Source: Candidatus Saccharimonas aalborgensis
Lineage (GTDB): Bacteria > Patescibacteriota > Saccharimonadia > Saccharimonadales > Saccharimonadaceae
DNA: 32,000 nucleotides
Direction of reading: 5' to 3'
NCBI RefSeq assembly: GCF_000392435.1
Contig: NC_021219.1
Coordinates: 330,001-362,000, forward strand
Shown here in pieces: positions 1 to 9,411 of this stretch. Every line of letters begins with the position of its first letter. The stretch's first letter is position 1. The position numbers were made by a program, and so were the translations under genes. The notes below the pieces were generated by a model. That model was not told where the DNA came from. It made no database searches and worked only from the letters and a program-made list of their open reading frames with translations.

Positions 1-153
1 ATTGAAAAAATATTTACTGTCAAACCAACGCAAGTCGAAATTGAAGCACCCTCAACCGACGCAAAGTTAACGCTCTATACCTGTGAGCTCGATGGTTCAG
101 ATGCGGGCAGGGTCGTGGTAGTCGCCAAGCCTCTCGGCAAAGTCGCTCTCTAG
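1..153 (+). CDS. Sortase family protein, C-terminal fragment (5' part outside window)
   Basis: Not in the ORF track because it lacks a start. Frame 1 reads IEKIFTVKPTQVEIEAPSTDAKLTLYTCELDGSDAGRVVVVAKPLGKVAL* and contains a TLxTC motif followed by an Arg, typical of the sortase catalytic Cys/Arg region. Stop TAG is at 151-153. Confidence 0.72.
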   Translation: MEKIFTVKPTQVEIEAPSTDAKLTLYTCELDGSDAGRVVVVAKPLGKVAL

Positions 154-639
154 CTATTCTCTCGCGCCGGCACCAAACACCTGCTCCCTATAACCACGCT
201 CACCGCGAGCCCAGGCGAGAGTGGTTTGTGAATAATGACGGTTACCTGCAACTATCATATCTGCCATCACTACATCAAACATCTCAATCTCTCGTTTATC
301 TATCTTGGCACCTTCTAGTACTTCAGCTGCTACAGTTGCCTGAAACACAAACTGATAGGTGTGGGCATACTCACTTACTCGATCAACAACCATGACAAAC
401 TCAAGCTCATCTTCGCTCAGTTGTATGTTTACTTCCTCAAGGCATTCACGAACTGCTGCAGCCCGCGGAGTCTCCCGTGTATCAATAATTCCGCCAGGAA
501 ATGACCAATAGTCCTTGTAAGTTGCTTTCAAAACCAGCACTTTACCATCTACGGTGCGAAGGGCGACTGTCGCGCTCGAAACACGATGCTCCAGTGAGGT
601 AAACCACTGTCTGGTTTCTTCGTCTGAGTAGGAATGCAT
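154..639 (-). CDS. Nudix hydrolase
   Basis: Nudix box GGIIDTRETPRAAAVRECLEEV matches Gx5Ex7REUxEE. The ORF runs to 672, but the ATG at 639 (MHSYSDEE...) avoids overlap with the upstream rny stop. Confidence 0.85.
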   Translation of the reverse strand: MHSYSDEETRQWFTSLEHRVSSATVALRTVDGKVLVLKATYKDYWSFPGGIIDTRETPRAAAVRECLEEVNIQLSEDELEFVMVVDRVSEYAHTYQFVFQATVAAEVLEGAKIDKREIEMFDVVMADMIVAGNRHYSQTTLAWARGERGYREQVFGAGARE

Positions 640-640
640 A

Positions 641-2131
641 TTACTTTGCAAACTCGATAGCGCGTGTCTCACGAATAACGTTTACCTTAATCGTGCCCGG
701 ATATTGCATAGTGCTTTCGATTTTTGTCGCAATGTCACGTGCCAATTTGATTGCGCTTAGGTCGTCAATACTTTCTGGCCTGACGATGACACGAACTTCC
801 CGTCCTGCGCTAATTGCATACGCTTTATCAATCCCCTTAAATCCAGTGGCAATATTCTCAAGATCACGCATGCGCTCAGCAAAGTTTTCAGCACTGATAT
901 TTCGCGCACCTGGCCGCGCCGCGCTGATTGCGTCGCAAACACGCACCACAAGTGCTTCAGCAGTTGTGGCTTCGATATCGTCGTGATGGGCTTCGATGGC
1001 GTGAACAATCTCATCACTCATACCTGCCTTACGAGCTAACTCGGCGCCAATGTGATGGTGCTTGCCTTCAACCTTATGCGTCACAGCCTTGCCGATATCG
1101 TGAAGTAGTGTAGCAATCTTAGTTACGCGTACATTTGCGCCGATTTCGTCTGCAATTAAGCCAGCCATATGCGCCATTTCAGTGCTGTGCATTAGAACGT
1201 TTTGGCCATAGCTGGTACGGAACTTCAGTTCACCGAGAAGCTTGAGAAGATCTTTTGGTATTCCGGCAACACCTACTTCACGAGCAGCATCCTCGCCGGC
1301 ACGAATAACTTCTTTTTCAATCTGTTTTTCGGCTTTTTCAAAGACTTCCTCGATGCGACCCGGATGGATACGACCATCTTTCATCAGCATTTCAAGGCCC
1401 ATACGAGCAACTTGGCGACGAATCGGATCAAAGCTGGATAAGATTACCATGCCAGGCGTGTCATCGACCAAAAAGTCAACTCCAGTGGCGCGTTGCATAG
1501 CCTGAATATTCCGGCCTTCCTTGCCGATGATGCGCCCTTTCATCTCGTCATCAGTCAATTTCACGGCGGTGACAGTTCGCTCAGCAGTCACTTCACTCGC
1601 CATTCGTTCCATGGCAGAAAGTATCACTAGTTGAGCCTTTTCCTCGGCATCATCGGTGGCTTCCTTTTGTAGCTTTGCAACAAGTCCAAGCAAATCATCC
1701 TTTATATCTCGCTCCGTCATCTGGAGCAGCTTCTCCGCTGCATCTTTCTTTTTGAGCCCAGCGATCTTTTCAAGCTTCTCTTGCTGTTTTGTACGAATCT
1801 CACGAATCTCGGTCTTAAGAGATTCGACTTCATCCTCTTGTTTGCGTAATCTCTCGCTACGCTTGTCTAGCTCATCAAGTTTGTTGTCAAGTGAGCTCTC
1901 CCTATCAGCCAACCGCGACTCTACCTTCTGTATTTCACGTCGCCGTTCTTGCTCAATTTTAAGCGCCTCGTCTTTTGCCTGCAGAACAATCTCGCTGGCC
2001 TTGCGTTCGGCACGAGCAATCTCCTTCTCTGCTTTGTGTTTACTACTGGTTGCTTGGGATTTATCGTACACAAACTTACCGCCCACACCAGCAAGTACGC
2101 CTACGGCAGCCATGATGATTTCTATCACCAT
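641..2131 (-). CDS. rny: Ribonuclease Y
   Basis: N-terminal TM, long coiled coil, KH motif GKEGRNIQAMQRATGVDFLVDDTP and HD motif LLHDIGKAV...HHHIGAELARK. Confidence 0.95.
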   Translation of the reverse strand: MVIEIIMAAVGVLAGVGGKFVYDKSQATSSKHKAEKEIARAERKASEIVLQAKDEALKIEQERRREIQKVESRLADRESSLDNKLDELDKRSERLRKQEDEVESLKTEIREIRTKQQEKLEKIAGLKKKDAAEKLLQMTERDIKDDLLGLVAKLQKEATDDAEEKAQLVILSAMERMASEVTAERTVTAVKLTDDEMKGRIIGKEGRNIQAMQRATGVDFLVDDTPGMVILSSFDPIRRQVARMGLEMLMKDGRIHPGRIEEVFEKAEKQIEKEVIRAGEDAAREVGVAGIPKDLLKLLGELKFRTSYGQNVLMHSTEMAHMAGLIADEIGANVRVTKIATLLHDIGKAVTHKVEGKHHHIGAELARKAGMSDEIVHAIEAHHDDIEATTAEALVVRVCDAISAARPGARNISAENFAERMRDLENIATGFKGIDKAYAISAGREVRVIVRPESIDDLSAIKLARDIATKIESTMQYPGTIKVNVIRETRAIEFAK

Positions 2132-2303
2132 AATAGGTCCTTTCTTTCAGGCTAGCTTAGTACGGGTATCAATGTATAAAAACGTCAATGTCGAATCAAA
2201 CTAGTCTGTAAATTCAAACGTTAAAAAATAATCAGTGAGCTATGGTAAAAACCTAGCTATTCTTTATTGTACCGCCTTGACTCCTGCTTCGGCAAGAATG
2301 AGT

Positions 2304-2693
2304 TTACTTTCGCGGTGAAGTGACGCGCGCTTCGCTGCCGTACTCTGGCAGAACGATACCATCATTTTCACCACTCGCCAATCTCTTTCGACAGGTAGCC
2401 TGCCAGGCATCGCCAGTCGCCCCCACAATGGGGATGTTCTTGCTATGCGCCAGTGTGTTGAGCACCGTCAAACCAATGCGTAGCCCAGTAAAACTACCTG
2501 GACCCCTATAGACGCCAATGCCTGTGATATCATCCCAGTCCTTTGAGTGTGTCCTGAGAGTTGACTGAAGGTAGCCAAGCATTTGCTTTGCTAATTCGTG
2601 TCCTGCATCCCAATAAGTGTCTGAGACAATCGTCTCACCCTCAAGCAGCAGAAGTTGACAGGTAAACCCAGCACTATTCCACAGCACTATCAT
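2304..2693 (-). CDS. tsaB: tRNA threonylcarbamoyladenosine biosynthesis protein TsaB, short form
   Basis: GVYRGPGSFTGLRIGLTVLNTLA is a TsaB/YeaZ signature. The product is only 129 aa and its start overlaps the tsaE stop as ATGA. Confidence 0.82.
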   Translation of the reverse strand: MIVLWNSAGFTCQLLLLEGETIVSDTYWDAGHELAKQMLGYLQSTLRTHSKDWDDITGIGVYRGPGSFTGLRIGLTVLNTLAHSKNIPIVGATGDAWQATCRKRLASGENDGIVLPEYGSEARVTSPRK

Positions 2694-3145
2694 GTCAATC
2701 TCTCGATGATATTCTCGCTATGTGGTCCGCTTGCTTTGATAATTACCTCACGCTCCTCACCCATGAGCGTATTAAGTGTTATTTGCAATCTATCAGAGGG
2801 AAGTACGTCACTAATAATTTCAGACCACTCAATGATCGTAATTGTTTGGGGGTCGTTAATTGAGTCTTGAAGCTCGCTTCTCATTACACCAGCATCACTG
2901 AGTCGATAAAAATCATAATGCGCAAGTAATCTGCCGGATTCCGTCACATACACTCGACTAATGGTATAAGAGGGGCTTTGAACCTCTTCCTCAATCCCAA
3001 GTGCATGCGCAAATCCTTTTGCGAAGGTAGTTTTACCAGCTCCAATGTCGCCTATCAACTCAATTACTTCACCACCACTGCAAAGCGCACCGATACGTGC
3101 TCCTAATTTTTCCATAGCCTCCGATGTGGGGATCTCGAGTTCCAT
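2690..3145 (-). CDS. tsaE: tRNA threonylcarbamoyladenosine biosynthesis ATPase TsaE
   Basis: Walker A GDIGAGKTTFAKGFAHALG and SPSYTISRVY...LAHYDFYRL. The ORF extends to 3172, but the ATG at 3145 lies 9 nt after a TATACT box. Confidence 0.88.
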   Translation of the reverse strand: MELEIPTSEAMEKLGARIGALCSGGEVIELIGDIGAGKTTFAKGFAHALGIEEEVQSPSYTISRVYVTESGRLLAHYDFYRLSDAGVMRSELQDSINDPQTITIIEWSEIISDVLPSDRLQITLNTLMGEEREVIIKASGPHSENIIERLT

Positions 3146-3154
3146 ATGTCGCTC

Positions 3155-3160
3155 AGTATA
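3155..3160 (-). promoter_or_regulatory. Extended -10 element (TGgTATACT) for tsaE
   Basis: Minus strand reads TGGTATACT followed by 9 nt, then ATG at 3145. Confidence 0.5.
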
Positions 3161-3213
3161 CCATATTGACACTAGCGCATGGTGTCATTATCAGATACAA
3201 TAACATAAGCGAT

Positions 3214-4995
3214 ATGCGTATTTCTGATGATACATTAGATAAGATATTGAGCGGCGATACGAAGGTAAGTGCCGAGCAACTTGCGCCCCTTAAAGAAGAG
3301 GCGATCCGTTCCGCGCGACCCCTTCAAGAGCTTGTGCTTGAGGCAAAGCTCGTCGATGAGCCAACTCTTACGCAATTATTCGCCGAGTATGCAGATATTC
3401 CGTACGTCGTTATCGATCCAAAAGAAATTAGTTCTGAGATACTGGCAAAGATACCTGAACGTATCGCTAGACAATACAATGCTGTCATATTCAAGATTGA
3501 TCCCGATGGTCTCGTGCATCTGGCCATGGACGACCCCGATGACGTCCAAGCAATTAGCTTTATTCAAAAAGAGATCGGCGAAAACGTAAAGATATACGTC
3601 GCGTCTCACGATAATATCCTTCAGTGCCTCGAGAACTACCGCGGTGATGTCAATGAAGAATTGAACGAGGTTATCGATGTGCAGCGTGAAGATGATGGCT
3701 CAAGCCAGCAGGTCACTGAAGCTGAGGTGGCCGAGGATTCTCCTATCGCCCAGACGGTCAACCTCCTTCTCGAGTACGCTATCCGCTCGCAAGCATCCGA
3801 CATTCATATCGAACCACGCGAGGAGTATGTCCAGATCCGCTACCGTATCGACGGAGTTCTCAAAGAAGTTAACCGTTTGCCGCGAAATGTTCTAGGTGCC
3901 CTCGTGAGCCGAATTAAGATTCTGTCAAACCTAAAAATCGATGAGCGACGCGTCCCCCAGGATGGCCGTTTCAAGATCAAGATCGCAGGTAAGCAATACG
4001 CCCTGCGTGTCAGCACCCTCCCTATCGCTGATGGCGAGAAGGTAGTGATGCGTATTCTCGACGAATCAAACCAAGCCGTGACATTGAAAGACCTTGGCTA
4101 CTGGGGTCATTCCCTTGATGTCATCAACGAGGCGCTGACTGAACCAAATGGTATGGTACTCGTCACTGGTCCAACGGGAAGTGGTAAATCAACCAGTCTT
4201 TTTAGTATCCTCACCTACCTCAATAAACCTGATGTAAACATTTCGACTATTGAAGACCCGGTAGAATACAAGATCCCAGGAGTCAACCAGACTCAAACCA
4301 ATCCAAAAGCCGGTATGACCTTTGCAAATGGACTACGTGCACTACTTCGCCAAGACCCCAATGTAATTATGGTGGGAGAGATTCGAGATGGCGAAACAGC
4401 CAATCTTGCGGTACAGGCGGCATTGACTGGTCACCTTGTATTTAGCACCCTTCATACCAACAATGCAGCCACCTGCTTGCCCCGTTTACTCGATATGGAG
4501 ATCGAACCCTTTCTGATTGCCAGTACAGTTAAGGCAGTCGTGGGGCAACGTCTTGTACGCAAACTTTGTCTCTTTTGCCGACAACAGTACGTTCCAGAGA
4601 AACAAGAGGTTTCCCAATTTGTCGAACTATTTAACCTGCGGGATGATCAATCATTTTCACATATCAATGAGTTGGAGGAGCAAGCAATTGCTCAGGAGCT
4701 TGGTGGTGATACTCCAGCCGGAACTGCCAAGACAACTATCACAGCGCTCTGGCGCGCCAATCCAAAGGGATGCGATGAGTGTGACCACACTGGTTATAAA
4801 GGCCGTATCGGTATCTATGAGGTACTTGGCAACACTATCCCGATTCAAAAAATGATCGTCAACAACGCCACAAGTGCGCAGATTCAGGATCAGGCCATAC
4901 TTGAAGGGATGACCACGATGCAGACCGATGGTCTCATCAAGGCGATCAGGGGCTGCACCACACTTCAAGAAGTACTGAGAGTGACGAAGGAATAA
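3214..4995 (+). CDS. pilB: Type IV pilus assembly / type II secretion ATPase (PilB/GspE family)
   Basis: Walker A GPTGSGKSTSLFSIL, RQDPNVIMVGEIRDGETA, HTNNAA, and Cys pairs LCLFC / CDECDHTGYKGRIGIYE. The ORF opens at 3124, but MRISDDTLDKIL at 3214 is the more likely start. Confidence 0.95.
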   Translation: MRISDDTLDKILSGDTKVSAEQLAPLKEEAIRSARPLQELVLEAKLVDEPTLTQLFAEYADIPYVVIDPKEISSEILAKIPERIARQYNAVIFKIDPDGLVHLAMDDPDDVQAISFIQKEIGENVKIYVASHDNILQCLENYRGDVNEELNEVIDVQREDDGSSQQVTEAEVAEDSPIAQTVNLLLEYAIRSQASDIHIEPREEYVQIRYRIDGVLKEVNRLPRNVLGALVSRIKILSNLKIDERRVPQDGRFKIKIAGKQYALRVSTLPIADGEKVVMRILDESNQAVTLKDLGYWGHSLDVINEALTEPNGMVLVTGPTGSGKSTSLFSILTYLNKPDVNISTIEDPVEYKIPGVNQTQTNPKAGMTFANGLRALLRQDPNVIMVGEIRDGETANLAVQAALTGHLVFSTLHTNNAATCLPRLLDMEIEPFLIASTVKAVVGQRLVRKLCLFCRQQYVPEKQEVSQFVELFNLRDDQSFSHINELEEQAIAQELGGDTPAGTAKTTITALWRANPKGCDECDHTGYKGRIGIYEVLGNTIPIQKMIVNNATSAQIQDQAILEGMTTMQTDGLIKAIRGCTTLQEVLRVTKE

Positions 4996-4997
4996 TC

Positions 4998-6227
4998 ATG
5001 TCACGCTATCAGTATGTTGCCGTTAATCAACAGGGGGAAACTTCCTCGGGGTCGTTTGAGGCAGCTGATCGCTCAGCCGCCCTGGCAATTTTAGCAAAGC
5101 AGCAACTTCACCCCATTAGTCTCAAGCAATCTGATACCAAGGAAGCATCATTTGGGTTTGGTAATTTCTTTGGTAAAAACAAGGTCAAGAGTGATGATCT
5201 GGTAATTTTTACTCGTCAGTTAAGCGCCATGGTAAGCGCAGGTGTACCACTGCTTCGCGCCATCGCGTCGCTCAATCAACATACGGCAAGTAAACCACTG
5301 AGAAAAGTCACGGGTGGCATTATAAAAGATGTCGAAGGTGGCGCGCAGCTTGCCGATGCCCTGGCAAAATATCCAAACACTTTTAGTGATGTCTACGTCA
5401 ATATGGTCAGAGCAGGGGAGTCGGCGGGTATTCTCGACGATATTCTCAAGCGACTTGCGATGCAACAAGAAAAAAATGCCTCTATTCGAAAGAAGATCAA
5501 GAGTGCTATGACCTACCCTATGGTTCTGGTGTTTATCACGATAGGGGCCTTCTTTGGCTTAATGCTTTTTGTTATTCCACAGATCGGTAAAATTCTCAAA
5601 GACCTAGGAGGTCCGGATGCTAAGCTACCCGAGCTTACCCAGTTAATGCTCGGCATTAGTGACTTTATCATAAACTATTGGTATATCGTGTTCCCTGCCC
5701 TTATCGGTGGCATCATATTTTTGATCAGATTTATCAAGACGCCAAAGGGTCGGACCATGTTCCACCGTTTTATCCTCAAGGTTCCACTAGTAAATCCAAT
5801 TATTCGCAAAGTCGCTATCGCCCGCTTCACCCGAACCTTCTCTGCTCTCATGGGGGCTGGAGTAGCGGTACTAGAAGCAATTACCGTTACCTCGCATGCT
5901 GTTGGCAATGTCGTTTACGAAAAAGCCTTGCTTGACGCTGCAGAGGAGGTAAAAAATGGCAGGCAACTTTCGGCTGTTATAGAAAAAAACGAGCTATTCC
6001 CTCCGATTGTTGCTCAGATGCTCTCTGTCGGTGAGGAAACTGGACAAACCGACACTGTCCTCGTGAAAGTTGCGGACTTTTACGAAGAAGAGGTCGATGT
6101 TGCGATTGATGGTATCAGCGCCATTATTGAGCCGGTGATGATTGTTGTTATGGGTTCTATGGTAGGGCTAATTGCTGCAAGCGTTATGGGCCCCATCGCA
6201 AGTCTTTCTCAAAATATCAAGGGTTAA
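4998..6227 (+). CDS. pilC: Type IV pilus inner membrane platform protein PilC
   Basis: MSRYQYVAVNQQGE... GSFEAADRSAA, LVIFTRQLSAMVSAGVPLLRA, and GEETGQTDTVLVKVADFYEEEVD are T2SSF/PilC hallmarks. Confidence 0.95.
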   Translation: MSRYQYVAVNQQGETSSGSFEAADRSAALAILAKQQLHPISLKQSDTKEASFGFGNFFGKNKVKSDDLVIFTRQLSAMVSAGVPLLRAIASLNQHTASKPLRKVTGGIIKDVEGGAQLADALAKYPNTFSDVYVNMVRAGESAGILDDILKRLAMQQEKNASIRKKIKSAMTYPMVLVFITIGAFFGLMLFVIPQIGKILKDLGGPDAKLPELTQLMLGISDFIINYWYIVFPALIGGIIFLIRFIKTPKGRTMFHRFILKVPLVNPIIRKVAIARFTRTFSALMGAGVAVLEAITVTSHAVGNVVYEKALLDAAEEVKNGRQLSAVIEKNELFPPIVAQMLSVGEETGQTDTVLVKVADFYEEEVDVAIDGISAIIEPVMIVVMGSMVGLIAASVMGPIASLSQNIKG

Positions 6228-6281
6228 TTAGATACCGCTCATGCTATACTGGTAGGAGAGTTACCAAAGTAGTGGGCTACG

Positions 6282-7340
6282 ATGACAAAATTACTGCATA
6301 AAGATAAGCCAATCATTGGTCTTGACATTAGTCAGACTGGTATAAAAGTGATGTCGATTGATCCCAAAAAGTGGCTTGTGTTGGGGTACGGATCACTCGA
6401 CCTTGATCCAGCGCGTGTACAGACTTCTTTCGAAAATCCCGATGATACCTATTTATCCGAAAACATTACAAATCTTCTGAAAGAAAATATCATTGGCCAG
6501 CTGGAGTCAAATCACGCCGTAGTTGGCCTGCCGACCGGGAGAACATATTCACGTACCTTTACTCTTCCTGCTAATCAAGAAAAAGCCCTTGCCAGCGCTG
6601 TTGAAGTTGAAGTCGAGCAGTACATTTCAATTCCTATTGGCTCACTCTATGTTGACTATGAGGTAATCGAACGCACAAAGGATATTATTACTGTCGTGAT
6701 GGCCGCTGTTCCTCGCACCCTTGTCGATAGCTGCCTCCGTGCCGCACAACAAGCCGGTCTTGAGCCACTCCTGGTCGAACCAAGCATCAATGCTGTTGCA
6801 CGCGTTATTGAGGCGACCGAAGAAGGTCATCTATCCACCTTGATCGTCGATATTGGCCCCGCGAGTACTGATATCGCGGTCTTGGACGGTGGCGCCATCC
6901 GTGTTACTGGCGGTATCGGTATCGGTGGAAATACCTTTACTCTCGATATCGCAAAGAAACTTGATGTTGCTCTCGAGAATGCACATCAACTCAAGGTCCT
7001 CAATGGATTGAATGCGGGACCCCGGCAAGCAAAAATAACTGCTGCTCTTAAACCAAATCTCAACCGCATTGCGATCGAAATTCGCCGTGTTGTCCGTTAT
7101 TACAACGAACGTATCAACGACAATCGAAAAATCGAACAGGTTTTAATTGTGGGCGGCGGGAGCAACGTACCGGGAATCGGCGAGTATTTCACTAACGAGC
7201 TCGTCATGCCCGCTCGCGTTGCTAGTCCCTGGCAGAAACTTGACTTTGCTAGCCTCCAGCAACCAAACAAGCAGTTCAGGCCACGTTATATATCGGTGGC
7301 AGGTCTTGCCAGTGTAAACAAGGAAAGTATTTGGCGATGA
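6282..7340 (+). CDS. pilM: Type IV pilus assembly protein PilM (actin-like ATPase)
   Basis: IIGLDISQTGIKVMSI, TLIVDIGPASTDIAVLDGGAIRVTGGIGIGGNTFT, and VLIVGGGSNVPGI. Confidence 0.92.
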   Translation: MTKLLHKDKPIIGLDISQTGIKVMSIDPKKWLVLGYGSLDLDPARVQTSFENPDDTYLSENITNLLKENIIGQLESNHAVVGLPTGRTYSRTFTLPANQEKALASAVEVEVEQYISIPIGSLYVDYEVIERTKDIITVVMAAVPRTLVDSCLRAAQQAGLEPLLVEPSINAVARVIEATEEGHLSTLIVDIGPASTDIAVLDGGAIRVTGGIGIGGNTFTLDIAKKLDVALENAHQLKVLNGLNAGPRQAKITAALKPNLNRIAIEIRRVVRYYNERINDNRKIEQVLIVGGGSNVPGIGEYFTNELVMPARVASPWQKLDFASLQQPNKQFRPRYISVAGLASVNKESIWR

Positions 7341-7906
7341 TAAACCTTCTTCCTCCACTTTATCACCGTCAACTCATTGCTTCACGCGCCAATACCCTGC
7401 TCGCTCGATATGTTGTGCTATCACTGCTTCTCATCATCGTTATGATTGCCGAGATGACTGCAGTTTACCTGTTTTTATCAAGCTCGAAGGCACAGAGTGA
7501 GGCCGCTATCAGCGAAAATGATCAAAAAACAGCGAAATATAGCGAAGTGCAAAAACAAGCTGAACAATTTAGAACTGATCTTGTGACGGCAAAGACTATT
7601 CTTGACAAGCAGGTACCCTACACAAAGATTTTCCGCACGGTAGCTGATCTAATGCCAGACGGTGTTATCCTCAATCACCTAACCATCGATCCGTCAACCT
7701 TTGGCACACCCACGAACCTTGATATTCGGGCTCGTACCTACCAAGCAGCGATTGCCTTCCACACGACCCTCAACAATTCAAACGTACTATCAAATGTTAG
7801 TTTTCAGACGGTCTCATTTGATGCGCAAGATAAGACTGGGTACCCCTACTCTTCTACACTCAGTGTTACCTTCAAAAAAGAAGCGCTGACTGAAGGAGTC
7901 GAGTAG
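7337..7906 (+). CDS. pilN: PilN-like pilus assembly protein
   Basis: MINLLPPLYH N-terminus, one TM and coiled coil, positioned between pilM and pilO. The ORF opens with TTG at 7331; the ATG at 7337 overlaps the pilM stop as ATGA. Confidence 0.8.
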   Translation: MINLLPPLYHRQLIASRANTLLARYVVLSLLLIIVMIAEMTAVYLFLSSSKAQSEAAISENDQKTAKYSEVQKQAEQFRTDLVTAKTILDKQVPYTKIFRTVADLMPDGVILNHLTIDPSTFGTPTNLDIRARTYQAAIAFHTTLNNSNVLSNVSFQTVSFDAQDKTGYPYSSTLSVTFKKEALTEGVE

Positions 7907-8509
7907 ATGATTAAGCGTTTGTCAGCAACCCAATTACGTGCAACACTGATCGCCGTGCTTGTACTGCTGGCTGGTGCAGGTATTGGTATATTTATGTTTG
8001 GATATGGACTACTCGGCACGGTCGCACAAGAGAGTAGCGACGCAAATCAAAAAGTAAACGAGACCAGCAAAAATCTCGAGAACATCATACAAGTACAGCG
8101 CGACCTATCAACCAATAAGGTTGCAATACAGCGCGCTTCACTCATCGCCGCCGAGAGCCACAACTATAATTATCAAAACCAGATCATCCAAGATCTTAGT
8201 ACCTATGCTAGCAAGTCAGGCGTCATCATATCAGACTTCAACTTTATGAGCGGAAAAACGACGAGCGGTGGTACTATTCAGGGAAGTGCAGTAGGCTCAA
8301 GCGGGGGGTCACTTAAGTCGATCATGGTAGCAGTCACTATTAAGAGTCCAGTGGAGTACAACAAGCTACTTGACTTTATCTATCTTATCGAAAAAAGCCT
8401 CACAAAGATGCGTATATCGACCATTAGTCTTTCTCGCTCGACAGATGGAAACTCTCCTCCCGGAAGCGTGTCGTGTGATGTCTTTAATATTGAGGTGTAC
8501 GTACGCTGA
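7907..8509 (+). CDS. pilO: PilO-like pilus assembly protein
   Basis: N-terminal TM, coiled coil, then LSTYASKSGVIISDFNFMSG...VAVTIKSPVEYNKLLDFIYLIEKSLTKMRI. Directly follows pilN. Confidence 0.75.
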   Translation: MIKRLSATQLRATLIAVLVLLAGAGIGIFMFGYGLLGTVAQESSDANQKVNETSKNLENIIQVQRDLSTNKVAIQRASLIAAESHNYNYQNQIIQDLSTYASKSGVIISDFNFMSGKTTSGGTIQGSAVGSSGGSLKSIMVAVTIKSPVEYNKLLDFIYLIEKSLTKMRISTISLSRSTDGNSPPGSVSCDVFNIEVYVR

Positions 8510-8802
8510 TGAAAAACTCTCTTTCTTTTACTGGACTCGCTAGTACGATTACTCGGCTTCTTCATCGTTTTCACGTCATACTTTTTGCACTTGTCTCGAT
8601 AGGTAGCTTAGCAGCGGCAACGCTTTTTCTCAACGAGCTCATCTCAAGGCCCACTACGAACTCCGATAATACAGCAGCGGGGAAATTTGACGATGCAACG
8701 ATCAAGCGCATTTTGCTCTACCGCACCGCCGAAGAACAGGTGTCACAGGCATCAATTCCACTTAACAAAGGAAAACGGAATCCTATTGTTGAAACACCAT
8801 GA
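8509..8802 (+). CDS. Small single-TM protein of the pilus operon, function unknown
   Basis: 97 aa with one hydrophobic segment (VILFALVSIGSLAAATLFL). The ATG overlaps the pilO TGA (TGATG). Confidence 0.65.
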   Translation: MKNSLSFTGLASTITRLLHRFHVILFALVSIGSLAAATLFLNELISRPTTNSDNTAAGKFDDATIKRILLYRTAEEQVSQASIPLNKGKRNPIVETP

Positions 8803-8823
8803 TTACAAAGGATGATAACTGAA

Positions 8824-9411
8824 ATGATTCTTCTCGGCTCCACACTCCTCAACGCTCCCGTAATGAGTATCCAGACGGGTGGCGAACTGGCCCGTACATC
8901 AACTGCAATTATTGATCCAAGCAATCTTAGTGTCATAGCGTATGCGGTAACGGGGCCTCTTGTCCATCACTCAAATCAGCTGATCAGAGTTGCAGACGTA
9001 AGAGAGTTGAGCAGCATCGGGTTGATCATTGACTCCAGTGATGAGTTTGTGATTCCGGAAGACATCATTAAACTGCAAAGTATCTATGAACTTCACTTTG
9101 ATATTCTGGGGATGCCCGTCATCGATCAAAAGAAAAAGAAACTGGGCAAAGTAATCGACTATACGGTCGAAACCGGTGGGTTTGTTGTCCAGCAGCTGAC
9201 GGTTAAACGGCCACTCCTTCGTAGCCTCAATGATACAGAACTACTCATCCATCGTTCTCAGATTGTTGAGATTAACAATCATGAGATTGTTGTCCACTCG
9301 GAAGTGTCGGTTCCGGAGCCAAAACGACACGAAGTTTCCGGTAGTTATGTCAATCCGTTTCGTGGTAGTGCGAAACCAGCTCCAGAATCAGTCAACCAAT
9401 CCAATCGCTAA
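8824..9411 (+). CDS. PRC-barrel-like domain protein
   Basis: Two repeats of about 80 aa in PRC-barrel style: GGELARTSTAIIDPSNLSVIAYAV...IRVADVRELSSIGLIID and LGMPVIDQKKKKLGKVIDYTVE...LTVKRPLLR. ORF opens at 8812. Confidence 0.6.
   Translation: MILLGSTLLNAPVMSIQTGGELARTSTAIIDPSNLSVIAYAVTGPLVHHSNQLIRVADVRELSSIGLIIDSSDEFVIPEDIIKLQSIYELHFDILGMPVIDQKKKKLGKVIDYTVETGGFVVQQLTVKRPLLRSLNDTELLIHRSQIVEINNHEIVVHSEVSVPEPKRHEVSGSYVNPFRGSAKPAPESVNQSNR

Noticed and set aside
1656-2204. 182-aa Ser-rich plus-strand ORF
   Set aside because: Antisense to the coiled-coil region of rny. Low-complexity Ser/Phe content is the reverse reading of Glu/Lys/Arg codons.
2205-2270. Hairpin agcta-t-ggt-aaaa-acc-tagct near the tsaB-rny gap as a terminator
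   Set aside because: The stem is short and bulged, and the T tract on the minus strand lies about 9 nt away, so it is too weak to call.
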